A stretch of 64,000 nucleotides of DNA from Synechococcaceae bacterium WB9_2_112 (GTDB lineage Bacteria > Cyanobacteriota > Cyanobacteriia > PCC-6307 > Cyanobiaceae), in contig RGUW01000001.1 of NCBI GenBank assembly GCA_010027605.1, positions 2,136 through 66,135 on the forward strand, read 5' to 3'. A program made the position numbers and the translations under genes. Under the pieces are notes generated by a model. The model did not search any database. It had not been told where the DNA came from and saw only the letters and a list, made by a program, of their open reading frames with translations. This document shows positions 40,450 through 51,441 of the stretch, in pieces. Position 1 is the first letter of the stretch. Each line of letters opens with the position of its first letter.

Positions 40450-41984
40450 AGCGGGCCCTCTAGCTCCAGCCGACCCATCACCGGTGCGGGTTCTGGCAGA
40501 GGAGCTCCTACGACCAGACCGCCCCAGCGGAGTTGCTCCAACCAGGGGGCCGATGCTCCAGGCAACTGGGCCAGCATGCGGTCACTCATCTGGGGCACCA
40601 GCGGTGCCAACAGCTGGGCGACAAGGCGCGCGGCCTCCAGCACGGCGTAGAGATCGCAGGCCACATGCTCGCGTTGGCCGTCCTGTTTCATGCGACTCCA
40701 GGGAGCCTGGTCATTCAGGTAACCGTTGGCCGCGATGGCAAGACCCAGAACGGCTTCGGCAGCGGCTCTGAAGTCCAGCCGCTGCCAGGCGGCGTGATAG
40801 TCACGGCAGGCTTCGTCAGCGGCAACAGCCAGGGGATGTCCGGTCCCTGCACCCTCGCCGGGTGATGGAACTGCCGCATCGAACCAGCGTCGTGCCATGG
40901 CGATGGTGCGATTGAGCAGGTTGCCGATCGTGTTGGCGAGATCGCTGTTGACCAGATCGACAAAGCGCTGTTGCTGAAAATCCCCGTCATCACCGAACGG
41001 GATGTCGCGCAACAGATACCAACGCACGGCATCGGCCCCACACCGGTCGAGCAGGACCTGAGGGTCAAGCACATTGCCAAGGGACTTGCCCATCTTCTGA
41101 CCCTCGCGGGTCAGGAAACCATGGCCAAAGACGCGCTCAGGCAAGGGAAGCCCTGCCGACAACAACATGGCAGGCCAATACACGGCATGGAAACGCAGAA
41201 TGTCCTTGCCGATCACATGCAGTTGAGCCGGCCAGCCCCGCTGGCACACAGCCTCCAGGTCCAGGGTTTCGTCAGGGCTGAGCAGGGCGGTGAGGTAACC
41301 CAGCAGCGCGTCAAACCACACATAGAACGTGTGGCCCTCATGCCCTGGCACGGGAACTCCCCAGGGGAGGTTGACACGTGAAATCGAGAAATCGCGCAGC
41401 CCTTGGGCCACGAAGTTTTCGACCTCACGACGACGCGACTCCGGTGCAATGAATCCCGGGCGACGGATGAGTTGCTCAATCTGCTGCTGGTAGGCCGACA
41501 GACGGAAGAAGAGATTGACCTCATCCCGCCATTCCAGGGGCTTGTGGTGGATCGGGCAGCTGGGCTGCTTGGCCTCGGCCGGATCGTCCTTGAACTCCTC
41601 ACAGGCGACGCAGTACCAGCCTTGCTGTCGACCCTCACAGATGTCTCCGTTGGCTTCCACCCTGGAGAAGAACTGCTCGACGATGCGCCGGTGATGGGGA
41701 TCGGTCGTGCGGATGAAACGGTCGTTGCTGATCTGCCAGTTCTGCCAGAGTTGCTGATAACCGGCACTGACCAGGTCGCAATGGGCCTGGGGACTCAGGC
41801 CGGCAGCTTCGGCCGTGCGTTGAATCTTCTGGCCATGTTCATCGCAGCCGGTGATGAACACCACCGTGTCTCCCATCAACCGGCGGTAGCGGGCGATCGC
41901 ATCGCAGGCCAGGGTCGTGTAGGCACTGCCGAGGTGGGCCCGGTCGTTGACGTAATAGAGCGGAGTGGTGAGGGTGTAGGTCAT
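40446..41984 (-). CDS. metG: methionine--tRNA ligase
   Basis: TPLYYVNDRAHLGSAYT (HIGH region), KMGKS (KMSKS motif) and a Zn knuckle CVACEEF...CPIH. Confidence 0.95.
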   Translation of the reverse strand: MTYTLTTPLYYVNDRAHLGSAYTTLACDAIARYRRLMGDTVVFITGCDEHGQKIQRTAEAAGLSPQAHCDLVSAGYQQLWQNWQISNDRFIRTTDPHHRRIVEQFFSRVEANGDICEGRQQGWYCVACEEFKDDPAEAKQPSCPIHHKPLEWRDEVNLFFRLSAYQQQIEQLIRRPGFIAPESRRREVENFVAQGLRDFSISRVNLPWGVPVPGHEGHTFYVWFDALLGYLTALLSPDETLDLEAVCQRGWPAQLHVIGKDILRFHAVYWPAMLLSAGLPLPERVFGHGFLTREGQKMGKSLGNVLDPQVLLDRCGADAVRWYLLRDIPFGDDGDFQQQRFVDLVNSDLANTIGNLLNRTIAMARRWFDAAVPSPGEGAGTGHPLAVAADEACRDYHAAWQRLDFRAAAEAVLGLAIAANGYLNDQAPWSRMKQDGQREHVACDLYAVLEAARLVAQLLAPLVPQMSDRMLAQLPGASAPWLEQLRWGGLVVGAPLPEPAPVMGRLELEGPL

Positions 41985-42052
41985 TGGCCGGATCCTACGC
42001 AGTGCTTTTCACGGGGGCGTTGCGCTGCCAGCCTGAACCCGTCTGCCGCTGA

Positions 42053-43879
42053 ATGACCATGCCCGTGTCGAGGGAATCGGTCCCTGTCGTGGTGTGGGGA
42101 GGTGGGAGCGGCGGTGTGGCGGCGGCTCTTCAGTCGGCCCGCAGCGGCGCGCCCACGTTGCTGCTCACACCGGGACCCTGGCTTGGAGGCATGCTCAGCG
42201 CAGCAGGGGTCTGCGCTCCCGATGGCAACGAGCTGAGCCCCTGGCAGACCGGGCTCTGGGGCGCATTCCTGCGGGCACTCGCCCAGGCCGAACCCACGGG
42301 GCTCGACCATAACTGGGTTAGCTGCTTCGGATTCAGGCCCGCGACGGCCGAGTCTGTTCTGCGTGCCTGGGTGAAGGCGGAAGCTCGGCTGCGCTGGCTC
42401 CCCAACTGCAATCTGGTGGCGCTGGAGCGCAGTGGCGAGAGGGTCAGCGCCCTGTGCGTGCGACAGGGCGATCAGGACCTGATCCTGATGCCCGAGCTGG
42501 TGATCGACGGCAGTGATCTCGGCGACCTGCTGGGGATGGGAGCCGCCGACTACAGGCTTGGCTGGGAGAGTCATGAGAGCTGGAACGAACCCAGTGCGCC
42601 GAGCGCCCAACGGCTGGCGAGCGATCCTTTCTTCGAGCGCCAACCGGTGCAATCCCCGACCTGGGTGGCCATGGCCCAGCGGCAGGTCGATCGCCCCCTG
42701 GTGCCGCAGGCCGATGATCTGAGTCCACCGTTTGCCGGAGCCATCACCCGCTTCGGTCTTGAACGCACCCTCAGCTATGGACGGCTACCGGGTGATCTGC
42801 TGATGCTCAACTGGCCGCTTCACGGCAACGACTGGCATCTGGATCTGACGGGTCTGTTCTCTGGCACCTCCCAGCAACAACGCGATCATCTGCTGCAGCT
42901 TGCCGGGCCCATGCAGGCCCACAGTCTTGCCTTCGCTGACGCCCTCAGCGAGGCCAGTGGCGGAGTTGTGCAGCCGGCGGCGGTGTTCCCGGCCCTGACC
43001 CATCAAGGCGTCGACCTGCAGGGGGACTCAGCACTCGCCCTGATGCCCTACTGGCGCGAAGGTCGCCGCCTGCTGGGTCACAGGACGGTGATCGAACAGG
43101 ATCTGCTGCCCCTCGCAGCAGGTTCCAGTCGCGCTGCCCTGCCGATGCACGAGGACCAGTGCACCAGCATTGCAGTCGGGAACTACGCCAATGACCATCA
43201 CTACCCCGGCGGTGATTGGCCCCTGGCAGCCAAAAGCTGCCGATGGGGCGGGCGCTGGACCGGCACCCCGTTCTGCATTCCCTATGACGCCCTGGTCAGC
43301 GCCTCGACCACCAATCTCATGGCCGCTGACAAATGTCTGAGCGTCAGCCACATCGCCAATGGCGCGACCCGGCTGCAACCGCTGGTGCTCAACATCGGAC
43401 AGGCGGCAGGTCTGGCGGCGGCACTGTGCCTCAGGCTCGGTTGCCCGCCTGGCGCCTTGCCGGTCAGTGTCCTGCAGGAGGCGCTCATCGCTGATCCGGC
43501 AGCCCCGGCTGGTCCCTTTCCGCTGTGGAGCACCCCATGGCACCACCCTGACTGGGCCTGGCGACAACGGGCCGTTCTGCGGGACCCCGCCATCCTCAGC
43601 GAGCAGGGCATGCTCCTCACACCAGAGGATCGGGGCGGCCAAAGCGATTCGCACCAGGCACCACCGGAACGCCATGAGCAAGAGGTGGTCGGCACCCTGC
43701 GGGGCTCAGCTGAAGCGGGATACAGCCTTGAGTCGTCAGCTGTCATCTGGCCCTTGATCACGTTGGAACCCGCCGTGCATCGACAGCTCCAGGAGAAACC
43801 CGCCGGAGCAACCCTGCGGGTGATCGGCTGCATCAATCCCTGGGGACCATGGCTGCGGGTCAACCGGATGGAGACCTGA
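42053..43879 (+). CDS. FAD-dependent oxidoreductase
   Basis: N-terminal dinucleotide fold VVVWGGGSGGVAAALQSARSG. The 608-aa ORF resembles the FAD_oxidored family. No specific function is assignable. Confidence 0.65.
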   Translation: MTMPVSRESVPVVVWGGGSGGVAAALQSARSGAPTLLLTPGPWLGGMLSAAGVCAPDGNELSPWQTGLWGAFLRALAQAEPTGLDHNWVSCFGFRPATAESVLRAWVKAEARLRWLPNCNLVALERSGERVSALCVRQGDQDLILMPELVIDGSDLGDLLGMGAADYRLGWESHESWNEPSAPSAQRLASDPFFERQPVQSPTWVAMAQRQVDRPLVPQADDLSPPFAGAITRFGLERTLSYGRLPGDLLMLNWPLHGNDWHLDLTGLFSGTSQQQRDHLLQLAGPMQAHSLAFADALSEASGGVVQPAAVFPALTHQGVDLQGDSALALMPYWREGRRLLGHRTVIEQDLLPLAAGSSRAALPMHEDQCTSIAVGNYANDHHYPGGDWPLAAKSCRWGGRWTGTPFCIPYDALVSASTTNLMAADKCLSVSHIANGATRLQPLVLNIGQAAGLAAALCLRLGCPPGALPVSVLQEALIADPAAPAGPFPLWSTPWHHPDWAWRQRAVLRDPAILSEQGMLLTPEDRGGQSDSHQAPPERHEQEVVGTLRGSAEAGYSLESSAVIWPLITLEPAVHRQLQEKPAGATLRVIGCINPWGPWLRVNRMET

Positions 43880-43894
43880 GCTGGCTCAGCTGCA

Positions 43895-43950
43895 GAGACT
43901 CAGACGAGCAGACTCAGATGAACAGACTCAGATGAACAGACTGAGCTGAG
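43895..43950. repeat. 14-bp tandem repeat x4 (CAGACTCAGATGAA)
   Basis: The units at 43909-43922 and 43923-43936 are identical. The flanking units at 43895-43908 and 43937-43950 each match 11/14. The array lies in the 76-bp spacer between convergent genes. Confidence 0.85.
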
Positions 43951-43955
43951 CTTGA

Positions 43956-45977
43956 TCAGCGGTTGGCGCGCAACTGCAGGCAGTCCTGCAGGGGATCGAC
44001 ACGCTGCACCGAGGCCATCAGCGCGTCGCCCGGCTCACTGCCAGCGGGGCACTGGGCGGGTAATTCCATGGCCAGTTCCTCGATCCAGATGAGAGCGAGC
44101 CGGTCCGATTCACGCAGCCAGCGCAGAAAGACAGCCGGCCAATGGTCCGTTCGATGGGCGTCAAACCACACCTGACGCCAATGGCGCTGGTCGTCGCGAC
44201 TGATCTGGTGACCCTGACGCAGCGGATCCTCGCAGGCGGCAAGCCGTTCCTGTAGCTGGTCAGCCGGGAGCGGAGGCCGTCCCGACCACAGACACGCCAA
44301 CTGGCGTTGGGCCAACAGATCCCCGTACCGGCGGATCGGGCTGGTCACCTGCACATAGGCCTCAAGACCAAGACTGCTGTGGGGTGCAGGCGTGACGGTG
44401 GTCAACCCACGGCTCAGGCATGCCTTGAGGGCTGCATGGCGAACGGGTCCGGCAGGCAACCCAGCCAGCTCCTGGGGACCTGGCAACGGAGCAGGCAGCT
44501 GACTTCGGAAGGGCATCGCCAGCCCGTGCTCGATCGCCTGAGCAGCAGCCACGCTGCCGGCCAGAATCATGGCCTCGGCAACCATCAGCCGTGATGCGGT
44601 GGGTTCGGTGATCGCGAGGTCGAGCTGCTCGCCTCGGGCCCGCACCCGTCCTTCGGGTTGATCGAGCAACAGGGCACCGCGCGCTTCTCGCCAGCGACGT
44701 CGTCGCAGCAGCAGCCCATGGATTTCAGCGAGGTGCGGCTCCTGCGGCGGCGCCAGATCGATCAGATCATCCGCGTCGCCATAGCTGAGCCTGTAGGCAG
44801 GCCTGATCCAGGTGCGCTCAAAACCGCTGGCCTGGACGTCCCCGGCATTGTCGAGCTCGGCCCAGAAGCTCCAGGCCGGGCAGCGCTGGGCAGCGTTCAG
44901 ACTCAGCGGGCCGATCGACAGGGCCCATGGCAGCATCGGCAGGATGCCGCGGGCCAGGTACAGGCTGGCAGCGCGTCCACGGGCTGCGTCATCAAGCGGA
45001 TCGTCAGGCTGAATCAGGCGGCCAGGATCTGCCACATGAATCCACAGCCTGCTGGGTCCTTCGGCGCGACGTTCGAGCCCGATGGCATCGTCGATGTCCT
45101 CGGTGTCCTCATCGTCGATGGTGACGCAGTACAGACCCGTACGGTCGATGCGTCGCTCATCACCGGCCTGGGGTTCAGCAGCACGGCCGATGAGCTCCTG
45201 CGCCTGGCTCTCGAGCACTGCACTGAACCCGTGGGCCCATGGGCTCTGGCGCAGCGAGGGCAGGGCATGGGGGTCCCATTGCCCCAGATCGACCAGCAGC
45301 TGGCGGATCGCTGCAGGTTCGGGCCTGCAACCGGCATCGCGCAGACCCTGCAGCAATGCTGCCGGCAGAGGCTCCTCACAGTCGTGCCCAGCCCAACGCT
45401 GCAACAACGCCAGGTCGTCGATGCTGCGGTGATCGACATCGCCTGGATGAAGGATCTGGCGCTGGCGCAGCTGGCGATGCCAGTGCTGCTGACGCGTCGC
45501 GGCCAGGGCAGACCGGCGTCGCTCGAGACGCAGCTGGCGCAGCTGGTCGAGCGGCCTGGCCGCGATCTGGCCATGGTGATGGATGAACCAGAGTTGATGT
45601 CCCTGCAACCACAGCCACCATCCGGCCAGCTGCAGCGGCAGGGCATCGGCAGCAACCAGAGCGCACCATTCCTGCCATGAACAGGGCGTGCCCTTGCCGC
45701 TGAGCAACATCCAGGCCGCAGCCACGTCACGACGGGGAGGCACCCAGGCACGGAGGGTTGCATCGTTGAGCTTCCAAGGGGAAGCGCCGATACGGTCGGG
45801 ACCCACCTGGCCATGGGCGGCAGCCGCCGCGATGTGCTGCAACTCCCGCAGGGGCAGCTTGCTCAAGCGGGCCTGCTGACCGACGGCAACCGTGATGCGT
45901 TTGCCGTCGACCTTGAGCACTACGCCCAGCTGGGGCTGACCCGCAGTGCTCAACCCAACAAGATCACCACGCTCCAC
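43956..45977 (-). CDS. ribonuclease II/R family exoribonuclease (RNB domain)
   Basis: CVTIDDEDTEDIDDAIG and SPIRRYGDLLAQRQL are RNB catalytic motifs, 673 aa. Confidence 0.88.
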   Translation of the reverse strand: MERGDLVGLSTAGQPQLGVVLKVDGKRITVAVGQQARLSKLPLRELQHIAAAAAHGQVGPDRIGASPWKLNDATLRAWVPPRRDVAAAWMLLSGKGTPCSWQEWCALVAADALPLQLAGWWLWLQGHQLWFIHHHGQIAARPLDQLRQLRLERRRSALAATRQQHWHRQLRQRQILHPGDVDHRSIDDLALLQRWAGHDCEEPLPAALLQGLRDAGCRPEPAAIRQLLVDLGQWDPHALPSLRQSPWAHGFSAVLESQAQELIGRAAEPQAGDERRIDRTGLYCVTIDDEDTEDIDDAIGLERRAEGPSRLWIHVADPGRLIQPDDPLDDAARGRAASLYLARGILPMLPWALSIGPLSLNAAQRCPAWSFWAELDNAGDVQASGFERTWIRPAYRLSYGDADDLIDLAPPQEPHLAEIHGLLLRRRRWREARGALLLDQPEGRVRARGEQLDLAITEPTASRLMVAEAMILAGSVAAAQAIEHGLAMPFRSQLPAPLPGPQELAGLPAGPVRHAALKACLSRGLTTVTPAPHSSLGLEAYVQVTSPIRRYGDLLAQRQLACLWSGRPPLPADQLQERLAACEDPLRQGHQISRDDQRHWRQVWFDAHRTDHWPAVFLRWLRESDRLALIWIEELAMELPAQCPAGSEPGDALMASVQRVDPLQDCLQLRANR

Positions 45978-45999
45978 AGGCCAGGCAGACAGGTGAATG

Positions 46000-46221
46000 T
46001 CAGCCTTCGGGATTCACAAAGGGCAGCAATGCCACGATGCGGGCTCGCTTGACCGCATTGGTGAGGTCCCGTTGCTGCTTGGCGGTGAGGCCGGTGAGTC
46101 GGCGAGGAAGGATCTTGCCCCGTTCGGTGATGAACTTCTTGAGCAGATCAACATCCTTGTAATCGATCGGATCGCCGGGCTTGATCGGCGACAGACGCTT
46201 CTTGAAAAAGGAACTCGACAT
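46000..46221 (-). CDS. rpsR: 30S ribosomal protein S18
   Basis: 73 aa. [33 protein letters not shown] is the S18 signature. Confidence 0.95.
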
Positions 46222-46280
46222 GGAAAGGCTTGGGGTTGTTCAGAACTCTGGATCGGTGCCGTCCTTGCAGACGTCAGGGC

Positions 46281-46475
46281 TCACTTGATTTCCTTGTGAA
46301 CCGTCATGCCGTTGCAGTGCGGGCAGAACTTCTTGAGTTCCAGCCTTTCGGTGGTGTTGCGGCGGTTCTTCTCGGTGGTGTAGCGGGACACACCGGGAGA
46401 CCGCTTGGCGGGGTTGGACCGGCATTCGGTGCACTCAAGAGTGATCACGATCCGGACGCCCTTGTTCTTGGCCAT
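46281..46475 (-). CDS. rpmG: 50S ribosomal protein L33
   Basis: [18 protein letters not shown]...CPHC, 64 aa. ATG 46475 lies inside ORF 46281..46514. Confidence 0.95.
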   Translation of the reverse strand: MAKNKGVRIVITLECTECRSNPAKRSPGVSRYTTEKNRRNTTERLELKKFCPHCNGMTVHKEIK

Positions 46476-46588
46476 GGAAGGACGTTGCGCCGCGTTAGCG
46501 AAGCGAAGTGACAATCGCCCACCATACCTGCAGGGTGGTCCACCGGGGCTGATCCCTAGGATCTGAGGCCGAGCTCTCCCCTTTGTCC

Positions 46589-49030
46589 ATGCGCGTTTCG
46601 CTCCAGTGGCTGAAGGAGCTGGTCAACGCGGGTGAGGCCGACCTCGCACCGGATGACCTCGCTGAACGGCTCTCCATGGCGGGATTCGAGGTGGAGCAGG
46701 TGGAGGACCTCAGTCGTCTGGCCGCCGGCGTCGTGGTCGGAAAGGTGCTGAAGCGCGATCCCCATCCCGATGCCAGCAAGCTGAGTGTCTGTCAGGTTGA
46801 TGCCGGCCACGCCACACCGCTGCAGATCGTCTGTGGCGCCGCCAATGTGCGCAGCGGTATCCATGTTGCGGTGGCCCTGATCGGCACAACCCTCCCAGCG
46901 GCTGGCCTCACGATCAAGGAGGCCGAGCTGCGAGGGGTCCCCAGTCAGGGCATGATCTGCTCCCTCAGCGAGCTGGGCCTGGCCGCGACCAGCGAGGGGA
47001 TCGCGGTACTCGAGGATCTGCTGCCCCAGGTGCCAACGGTTGGATCACCCATCGGTCCGTGCTTTGGACTCGATGATGCGGTGCTCGAACTGGCGATCAC
47101 CGCCAATCGACCCGATGGGCTGTCGATGCAGGGGATCGCCCGCGAGGTGGCGGCCCTGGTTGGAGGCAGCACCAACGTGCCATCGGGGGTCCCCGTGAAG
47201 GCCGAACCGCTCAACGTCGCTGCCTCCCAGCATGAAGCGCTGGATGCGGGTGGGCTGTTCAGCCTGACCGAACTGGAAGGACTGACGGTGGGCCCCTCGC
47301 CCATCTGGATGCAGCAACGGCTCGAACGCGCAGGTGTTCGCGCCATCAACAACGTTGTGGACATCACCAATCTGGTGATGCTGGAAACCGGGCAACCGCT
47401 GCATGCCTTCGACCGGGATGCGCTGGCGGATCACAGCCAGGGGAAGGCTCGACCAGACAACATCGGCCTGCGTCAGGCCAGAGACGGCGAAACACTGCTC
47501 ACCCTTGACGGTGAGCAGCGCCAGCTCGATGCCGAAGCCCTTGTGGTGACCTACAGCGATCAGCCGATTGCACTCGCAGGAGTCATGGGCGGCAGCAACG
47601 AGGCGGTCCATGAGGGCACGACAAGCATCTGGCTGGAAGCAGCCGTGTTTTCTCCTCAGTCCGTGCGTCGTTCGGCACGTCGTGTCGGCCTGCGCACCGA
47701 AGCCAGCAGTCGCTTTGAGAAAGGCTTGCCCCCCCAGGCCACCCTCGCGGCGGCGGATCGAGCCGTGGCCTTGCTGCAGCAGATCTGTGGTGCCACCCCC
47801 ACGCACCGATGGCTGCATCAGGCCGCGCTGGAGCCTCAAACAGCGATCCAACTGCGACGCGATGCCCTGCACAACCTTCTGGGTCCCCTGGGTGAGGCCG
47901 CAGGCGAGCAGGCAGGAGAGGATCTCGACGACGCCAGCATCGTGTCGACGCTCAGCGCCATCGGTTGCCAGCTGGAAGCCACAGACCATGGCTGGGCGGT
48001 CACCGTGCCCGTTCAGCGGGCGATCGACCTGCAACGTGAGGTCGATCTCATCGAAGAGGTGGCACGGCTGGTCGGTTACGACCGCTTTTCAGCGCACTTG
48101 CCCGATCCGCTGGTTCCAGGTGGTCTTGAACCCCGTCAGATCGTGGAACGGCGACTGCGACGGGCACTCTGCACGGCAGGACTGCAGGAGCTCTCAAGTC
48201 TCTCGCTGGTTGCCGCCGCATCGGAACGGATGCCATTGGCGAATCCACTGCTCAGCGATTACGGCCATCTGCGCCATGAATTGCACAGCGACATCCTGGC
48301 GGCGGCACGGCGCAATCTTCAGAGCGGCCAGGAGGGGTTCTGGGGGTTTGAGATGGGTGCAGTGTTTGCGGCAGATGGATCGGCCCGCGCTGAACTCACG
48401 GCTGTGTTGAGCGGAATCCGGTGCAGCGAACGCTGGAGCAGCAACGGCAAGCCACAGCCCCTCACCTACCACCAGGCTCGCGGTCTTCTGCAACAGGCTT
48501 TTGCTGCCATCGGCCTGCAACCGGAGGATCGACGGCTTGTGGATCATCCGTTGTTGCACCCCGGGCGTGCCGCAAAGCTGGTCGTTGAAGGCAGAGCGAT
48601 CGGTTGGTTTGGCCAGCTCCATCCGGCCCAGGCCGAGCAGGCTGATCTGCCGCAGGCGACGTATGTGCTCACCGTCGAGCTTGATCCACTGTTCACAGCC
48701 GCGACGCGCAACAACCGCTGGCATGTGGCGTTCAGAGCATTCAGCACCCAGCCGGCATCCGAGCGGGATCTAGCCGTTCTGGTCCCGCGGGAGCTGGACT
48801 CAGCTGAGCTGCTGCAGACCATCAACAAAGCGGGCCGACCGCTGTTGGAGCATGCTGAACTGATTGACCGCTATGAAGGCGATCCGGTTCCTGAAGGCCT
48901 GTGCAGCCAGGCCTTCAGACTGCGTTACCGCGATCCTGCTCGCACCCTGGTCGATGAGCAGGTCGAGCAGGTGCATGACGTCGTGATCGCATCTGTGCAG
49001 AAACGGTTCAGTGCCCTGTTGCGCGAGTGA
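46589..49030 (+). CDS. pheT: phenylalanine--tRNA ligase beta subunit
   Basis: [13 protein letters not shown]-terminus, a tRNA-binding domain ([21 protein letters not shown]), and B3/4 and B5 domains. Confidence 0.95.
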   Translation: MRVSLQWLKELVNAGEADLAPDDLAERLSMAGFEVEQVEDLSRLAAGVVVGKVLKRDPHPDASKLSVCQVDAGHATPLQIVCGAANVRSGIHVAVALIGTTLPAAGLTIKEAELRGVPSQGMICSLSELGLAATSEGIAVLEDLLPQVPTVGSPIGPCFGLDDAVLELAITANRPDGLSMQGIAREVAALVGGSTNVPSGVPVKAEPLNVAASQHEALDAGGLFSLTELEGLTVGPSPIWMQQRLERAGVRAINNVVDITNLVMLETGQPLHAFDRDALADHSQGKARPDNIGLRQARDGETLLTLDGEQRQLDAEALVVTYSDQPIALAGVMGGSNEAVHEGTTSIWLEAAVFSPQSVRRSARRVGLRTEASSRFEKGLPPQATLAAADRAVALLQQICGATPTHRWLHQAALEPQTAIQLRRDALHNLLGPLGEAAGEQAGEDLDDASIVSTLSAIGCQLEATDHGWAVTVPVQRAIDLQREVDLIEEVARLVGYDRFSAHLPDPLVPGGLEPRQIVERRLRRALCTAGLQELSSLSLVAAASERMPLANPLLSDYGHLRHELHSDILAAARRNLQSGQEGFWGFEMGAVFAADGSARAELTAVLSGIRCSERWSSNGKPQPLTYHQARGLLQQAFAAIGLQPEDRRLVDHPLLHPGRAAKLVVEGRAIGWFGQLHPAQAEQADLPQATYVLTVELDPLFTAATRNNRWHVAFRAFSTQPASERDLAVLVPRELDSAELLQTINKAGRPLLEHAELIDRYEGDPVPEGLCSQAFRLRYRDPARTLVDEQVEQVHDVVIASVQKRFSALLRE

Positions 49031-50390
49031 GATCCCTTGCCTTCAGGACAGCCAGGGTTTCGACATGGCTGGTGTTGGGAAAGAAGTCGATCGCCTGGAC
49101 CGACGTGATCAGGTAGGTCTCATTGAGGAGACGGAGATCCCTGGCCAGGGTGGCCGGATCACAACTCAGCATCAACAGAGTCGGTGTTGGGCTTTGAATC
49201 AGAGCGCTCACAACTCCAGGATCGAGTCCACGCCGTGGGGGATCCAGAAGAACGGCTGTTGCTTGATCGAGACAACGGCTCAGACCCTCTGCCATGTCGA
49301 CGACATCAAACGTACAGCGTTCATCCAGGTGATTGGCGGCCGCGTTATGGCGGGCCAAAGCAATCGAAGCGGGATGGTTTTCGATGCCATGGATGCGCCA
49401 ACCTGCCGCTGCCATCGGTAAGCCATAGGTCCCAATACCGCAATAGCCATCGATCAACAGACCGCCGGAGCAGGCCCCCAGGGCGGCGGCGATCAAACTG
49501 ACCACACGTTCAGCCTGGGAGGTATTGACCTGAAAGAAAGTATCAGCCGCAATCTGAAGGTCGAGCCCAGCAAAATGTTCTGTCACCGAGCCGCGTCCGG
49601 CAACCACGGAGGTGTCTGGACCAAACAGGGTGTTGGTGTTCTTGGGTTGCAGATTAAGACAAACACCAACCACATCAGACCAACAATGCATCCAACGGTT
49701 GGCCATCCTTTCAAGTCCTTCAAGGTTGGAATGGCTGCTGATCAGTGTGATCAGAATTTCACCGCTGCTGGGCGCGATCCGTAAAGCCAGGTGGCGAAGC
49801 CCTCCATGGGTTTGAAGATGGCGATCAACCGGCCACGAAGAAGATTCAAGATCGTTCTTCAGGGGCCTGAGCAAGCGATCCAGACGTGGATCAAGAACAG
49901 GACACTCATTCATATTGACCAGCGTATGAGTGCCAGTTCTGTAATAACCAGCGCGTAGATGTCCATCCTCACGACGTTCCAACGGGATGACGGCACGATT
50001 GCGATATCCCAGAGTCAAGGGACATGACAGAAAGGGTTGCAGGACTGAATCGTCGAGCTCGAGGTGACCAATGCGCCGCAGGGCGGCTTGCACGGAGTCC
50101 TGCTTCGCCTGAGCCTGACCTGAGTCGGAAAGGTGCTGGAGTGAACAGCCTCCACACCGTTCAGCCAAAATGCAAGGAGGTTGCCGTCGCTCAGGGCTGA
50201 TCAAGGATCGATTCTGAACGATTCCCTCCCAAGACTTACGGTGTTGACGCAACAATCGAACCCCTGCCACTTCACCAGGGAGAAGATCAGGTACAAAGAC
50301 GACCGACTGGTCAGGCAACCTAGCAACACCACGTCCATCGTGACTCAGACCGTGGCAATGAAGCTGAAGAAGTTGGCCCTGTGTGGTCAT
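49008..50390 (-). CDS. 23S rRNA (uracil-5-)-methyltransferase, RumA/RlmD family
   Basis: TRAM-like N-terminus, Fe-S Cys cluster CILAERCGGCSLQHL, SAM motif LIDGYCGIGTYG, DPPRRGL and the catalytic SCDPATLARD. ATG 50390 was preferred over the ORF start at 50618. It converges on pheT with a 23-nt overlap. Confidence 0.85.
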   Translation of the reverse strand: MTTQGQLLQLHCHGLSHDGRGVARLPDQSVVFVPDLLPGEVAGVRLLRQHRKSWEGIVQNRSLISPERRQPPCILAERCGGCSLQHLSDSGQAQAKQDSVQAALRRIGHLELDDSVLQPFLSCPLTLGYRNRAVIPLERREDGHLRAGYYRTGTHTLVNMNECPVLDPRLDRLLRPLKNDLESSSWPVDRHLQTHGGLRHLALRIAPSSGEILITLISSHSNLEGLERMANRWMHCWSDVVGVCLNLQPKNTNTLFGPDTSVVAGRGSVTEHFAGLDLQIAADTFFQVNTSQAERVVSLIAAALGACSGGLLIDGYCGIGTYGLPMAAAGWRIHGIENHPASIALARHNAAANHLDERCTFDVVDMAEGLSRCLDQATAVLLDPPRRGLDPGVVSALIQSPTPTLLMLSCDPATLARDLRLLNETYLITSVQAIDFFPNTSHVETLAVLKARDLTRATGH

Positions 50391-50892
50391 CAAAGCTTGG
50401 GTATTGCCGTCGTGTTCTTGCTTAACAGTAGACGATTGACGTGACCGTGATCGAACCCCGACTGGGTGGCAGTTCGATACGTCAATCAGAGCCCAGTCCG
50501 GTGTCAGCGCCTGAACCTCTGATGCTGTAACCGAGTGAACACCGTCACGCGACGGTGCATGCCGATCAAAGCGATTCAAAGGAGTCACCACCGTTTCAAC
50601 GATGGTTGCCAACCTCACCGCTCAGCGTGGAGAAAGGGTCACGTTGCAACCGAGGGAGGGGCCTGCCGTGCAGGACCATGGCCAGCCCCGAACGAAGCCA
50701 GATCCTCAGGGACCAGCCACTTAACGATTCGTGATACTCCCTTGACAAGGCCTGACCAGAAGGCTTCTTGACTTCAACACGTCACACGGCAAAACAGGGG
50801 AAGCGGCGGCCGGCCCAAACGTTACGCCCTGTCGCCCTCGTGCCGTCCGATCTGAATCAGCCGATAGAGTGTCGGAGCTTGTGCCCCATGCA

Positions 50893-51387
50893 ATGAGCGT
50901 TGTTCGCGATCTGATCCTTCAGGCCGATGATCAGTTGCGCTACCCAACGGGTGGCGAGCTGCGTTCCATGGCTGACTATCTCAACGGTGGGGTCCGTCGG
51001 CTTCAGGTTGTCAAAACACTGACCGACAGCGAGCGCAAGATTGTGGATCAGGCAGCCAAGCGTCTGTTCCAACTGAAGCCGGAGTATGTCGCGCCGGGGG
51101 GCAATGCCTACGGGCAGAAGCAGCGGGCCCAGTGCCTGCGTGACTACAGCTGGTACCTGAGGCTTGTCACCTATGGGATCCTTTCGAGCAGCACAGAACT
51201 GATCCAACAGATCGGTCTGGTGGGCGCGCGTGAGATGTACAACAGCCTCGGTGTGCCCATGCCAGGAATGGTCGAAGCCATGCGCACCCTCAAGGAAGCG
51301 GCAATCGATCTGCTCAATTCTGACGATGCCGCCATGGCCTCTCCGTACTTCGACTTTCTGATTCAGGGGATGCAGACCTCCACCTGA
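50893..51387 (+). CDS. apcD: allophycocyanin alpha-B subunit
   Basis: MSVVRDLILQADDQLRYP...APGGNAYGQKQRAQCLRDYSWYLRLVTYG...REMYNSLGVPMPGMVEA is the phycobiliprotein alpha fold with an ApcD-like pattern. ATG 50893 lies inside ORF 50869..51387. Confidence 0.9.
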   Translation: MSVVRDLILQADDQLRYPTGGELRSMADYLNGGVRRLQVVKTLTDSERKIVDQAAKRLFQLKPEYVAPGGNAYGQKQRAQCLRDYSWYLRLVTYGILSSSTELIQQIGLVGAREMYNSLGVPMPGMVEAMRTLKEAAIDLLNSDDAAMASPYFDFLIQGMQTST

Positions 51388-51416
51388 ACACAAGGCTGGC
51401 CACCATGCTTCTCCTA

Positions 51417-51441
51417 CCTGCTCGCTCAGAGCAGGTTTTTT
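51417..51441 (+). terminator. rho-independent terminator of apcD
   Basis: CCTGCTC-GCTCA-GAGCAGG stem-loop followed by TTTTTT, 30 nt after the apcD stop. Confidence 0.75.

Noticed and set aside
44658-45680. 340-aa plus-strand ORF
   Set aside because: It is antisense to the RNB-domain exoribonuclease gene, so it is a shadow ORF.
47045-48034. 329-aa minus-strand ORF
   Set aside because: It is antisense to pheT, so it is a shadow ORF.
50430-50470. T-arm-like GGTTCGATC motif (minus strand) suggesting a tRNA fragment
   Set aside because: The flanks do not form a T-stem (GGGG / ACGG are not complementary) and no acceptor or anticodon arms can be drawn.
50391-50618. 76-codon N-terminal extension of the RumA-family methyltransferase ORF
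   Set aside because: The family's TRAM domain begins right after MTTQGQLLQL (ATG 50390). The extension has no resemblance to the family and is probably 5' UTR or promoter DNA.
50742-50773. TTGACA / TTGACT hexamers upstream of apcD as -35 elements
   Set aside because: No acceptable -10 hexamer lies at 16-19 bp spacing (the best are TTCTTG and AAAACA), so no promoter call was made.
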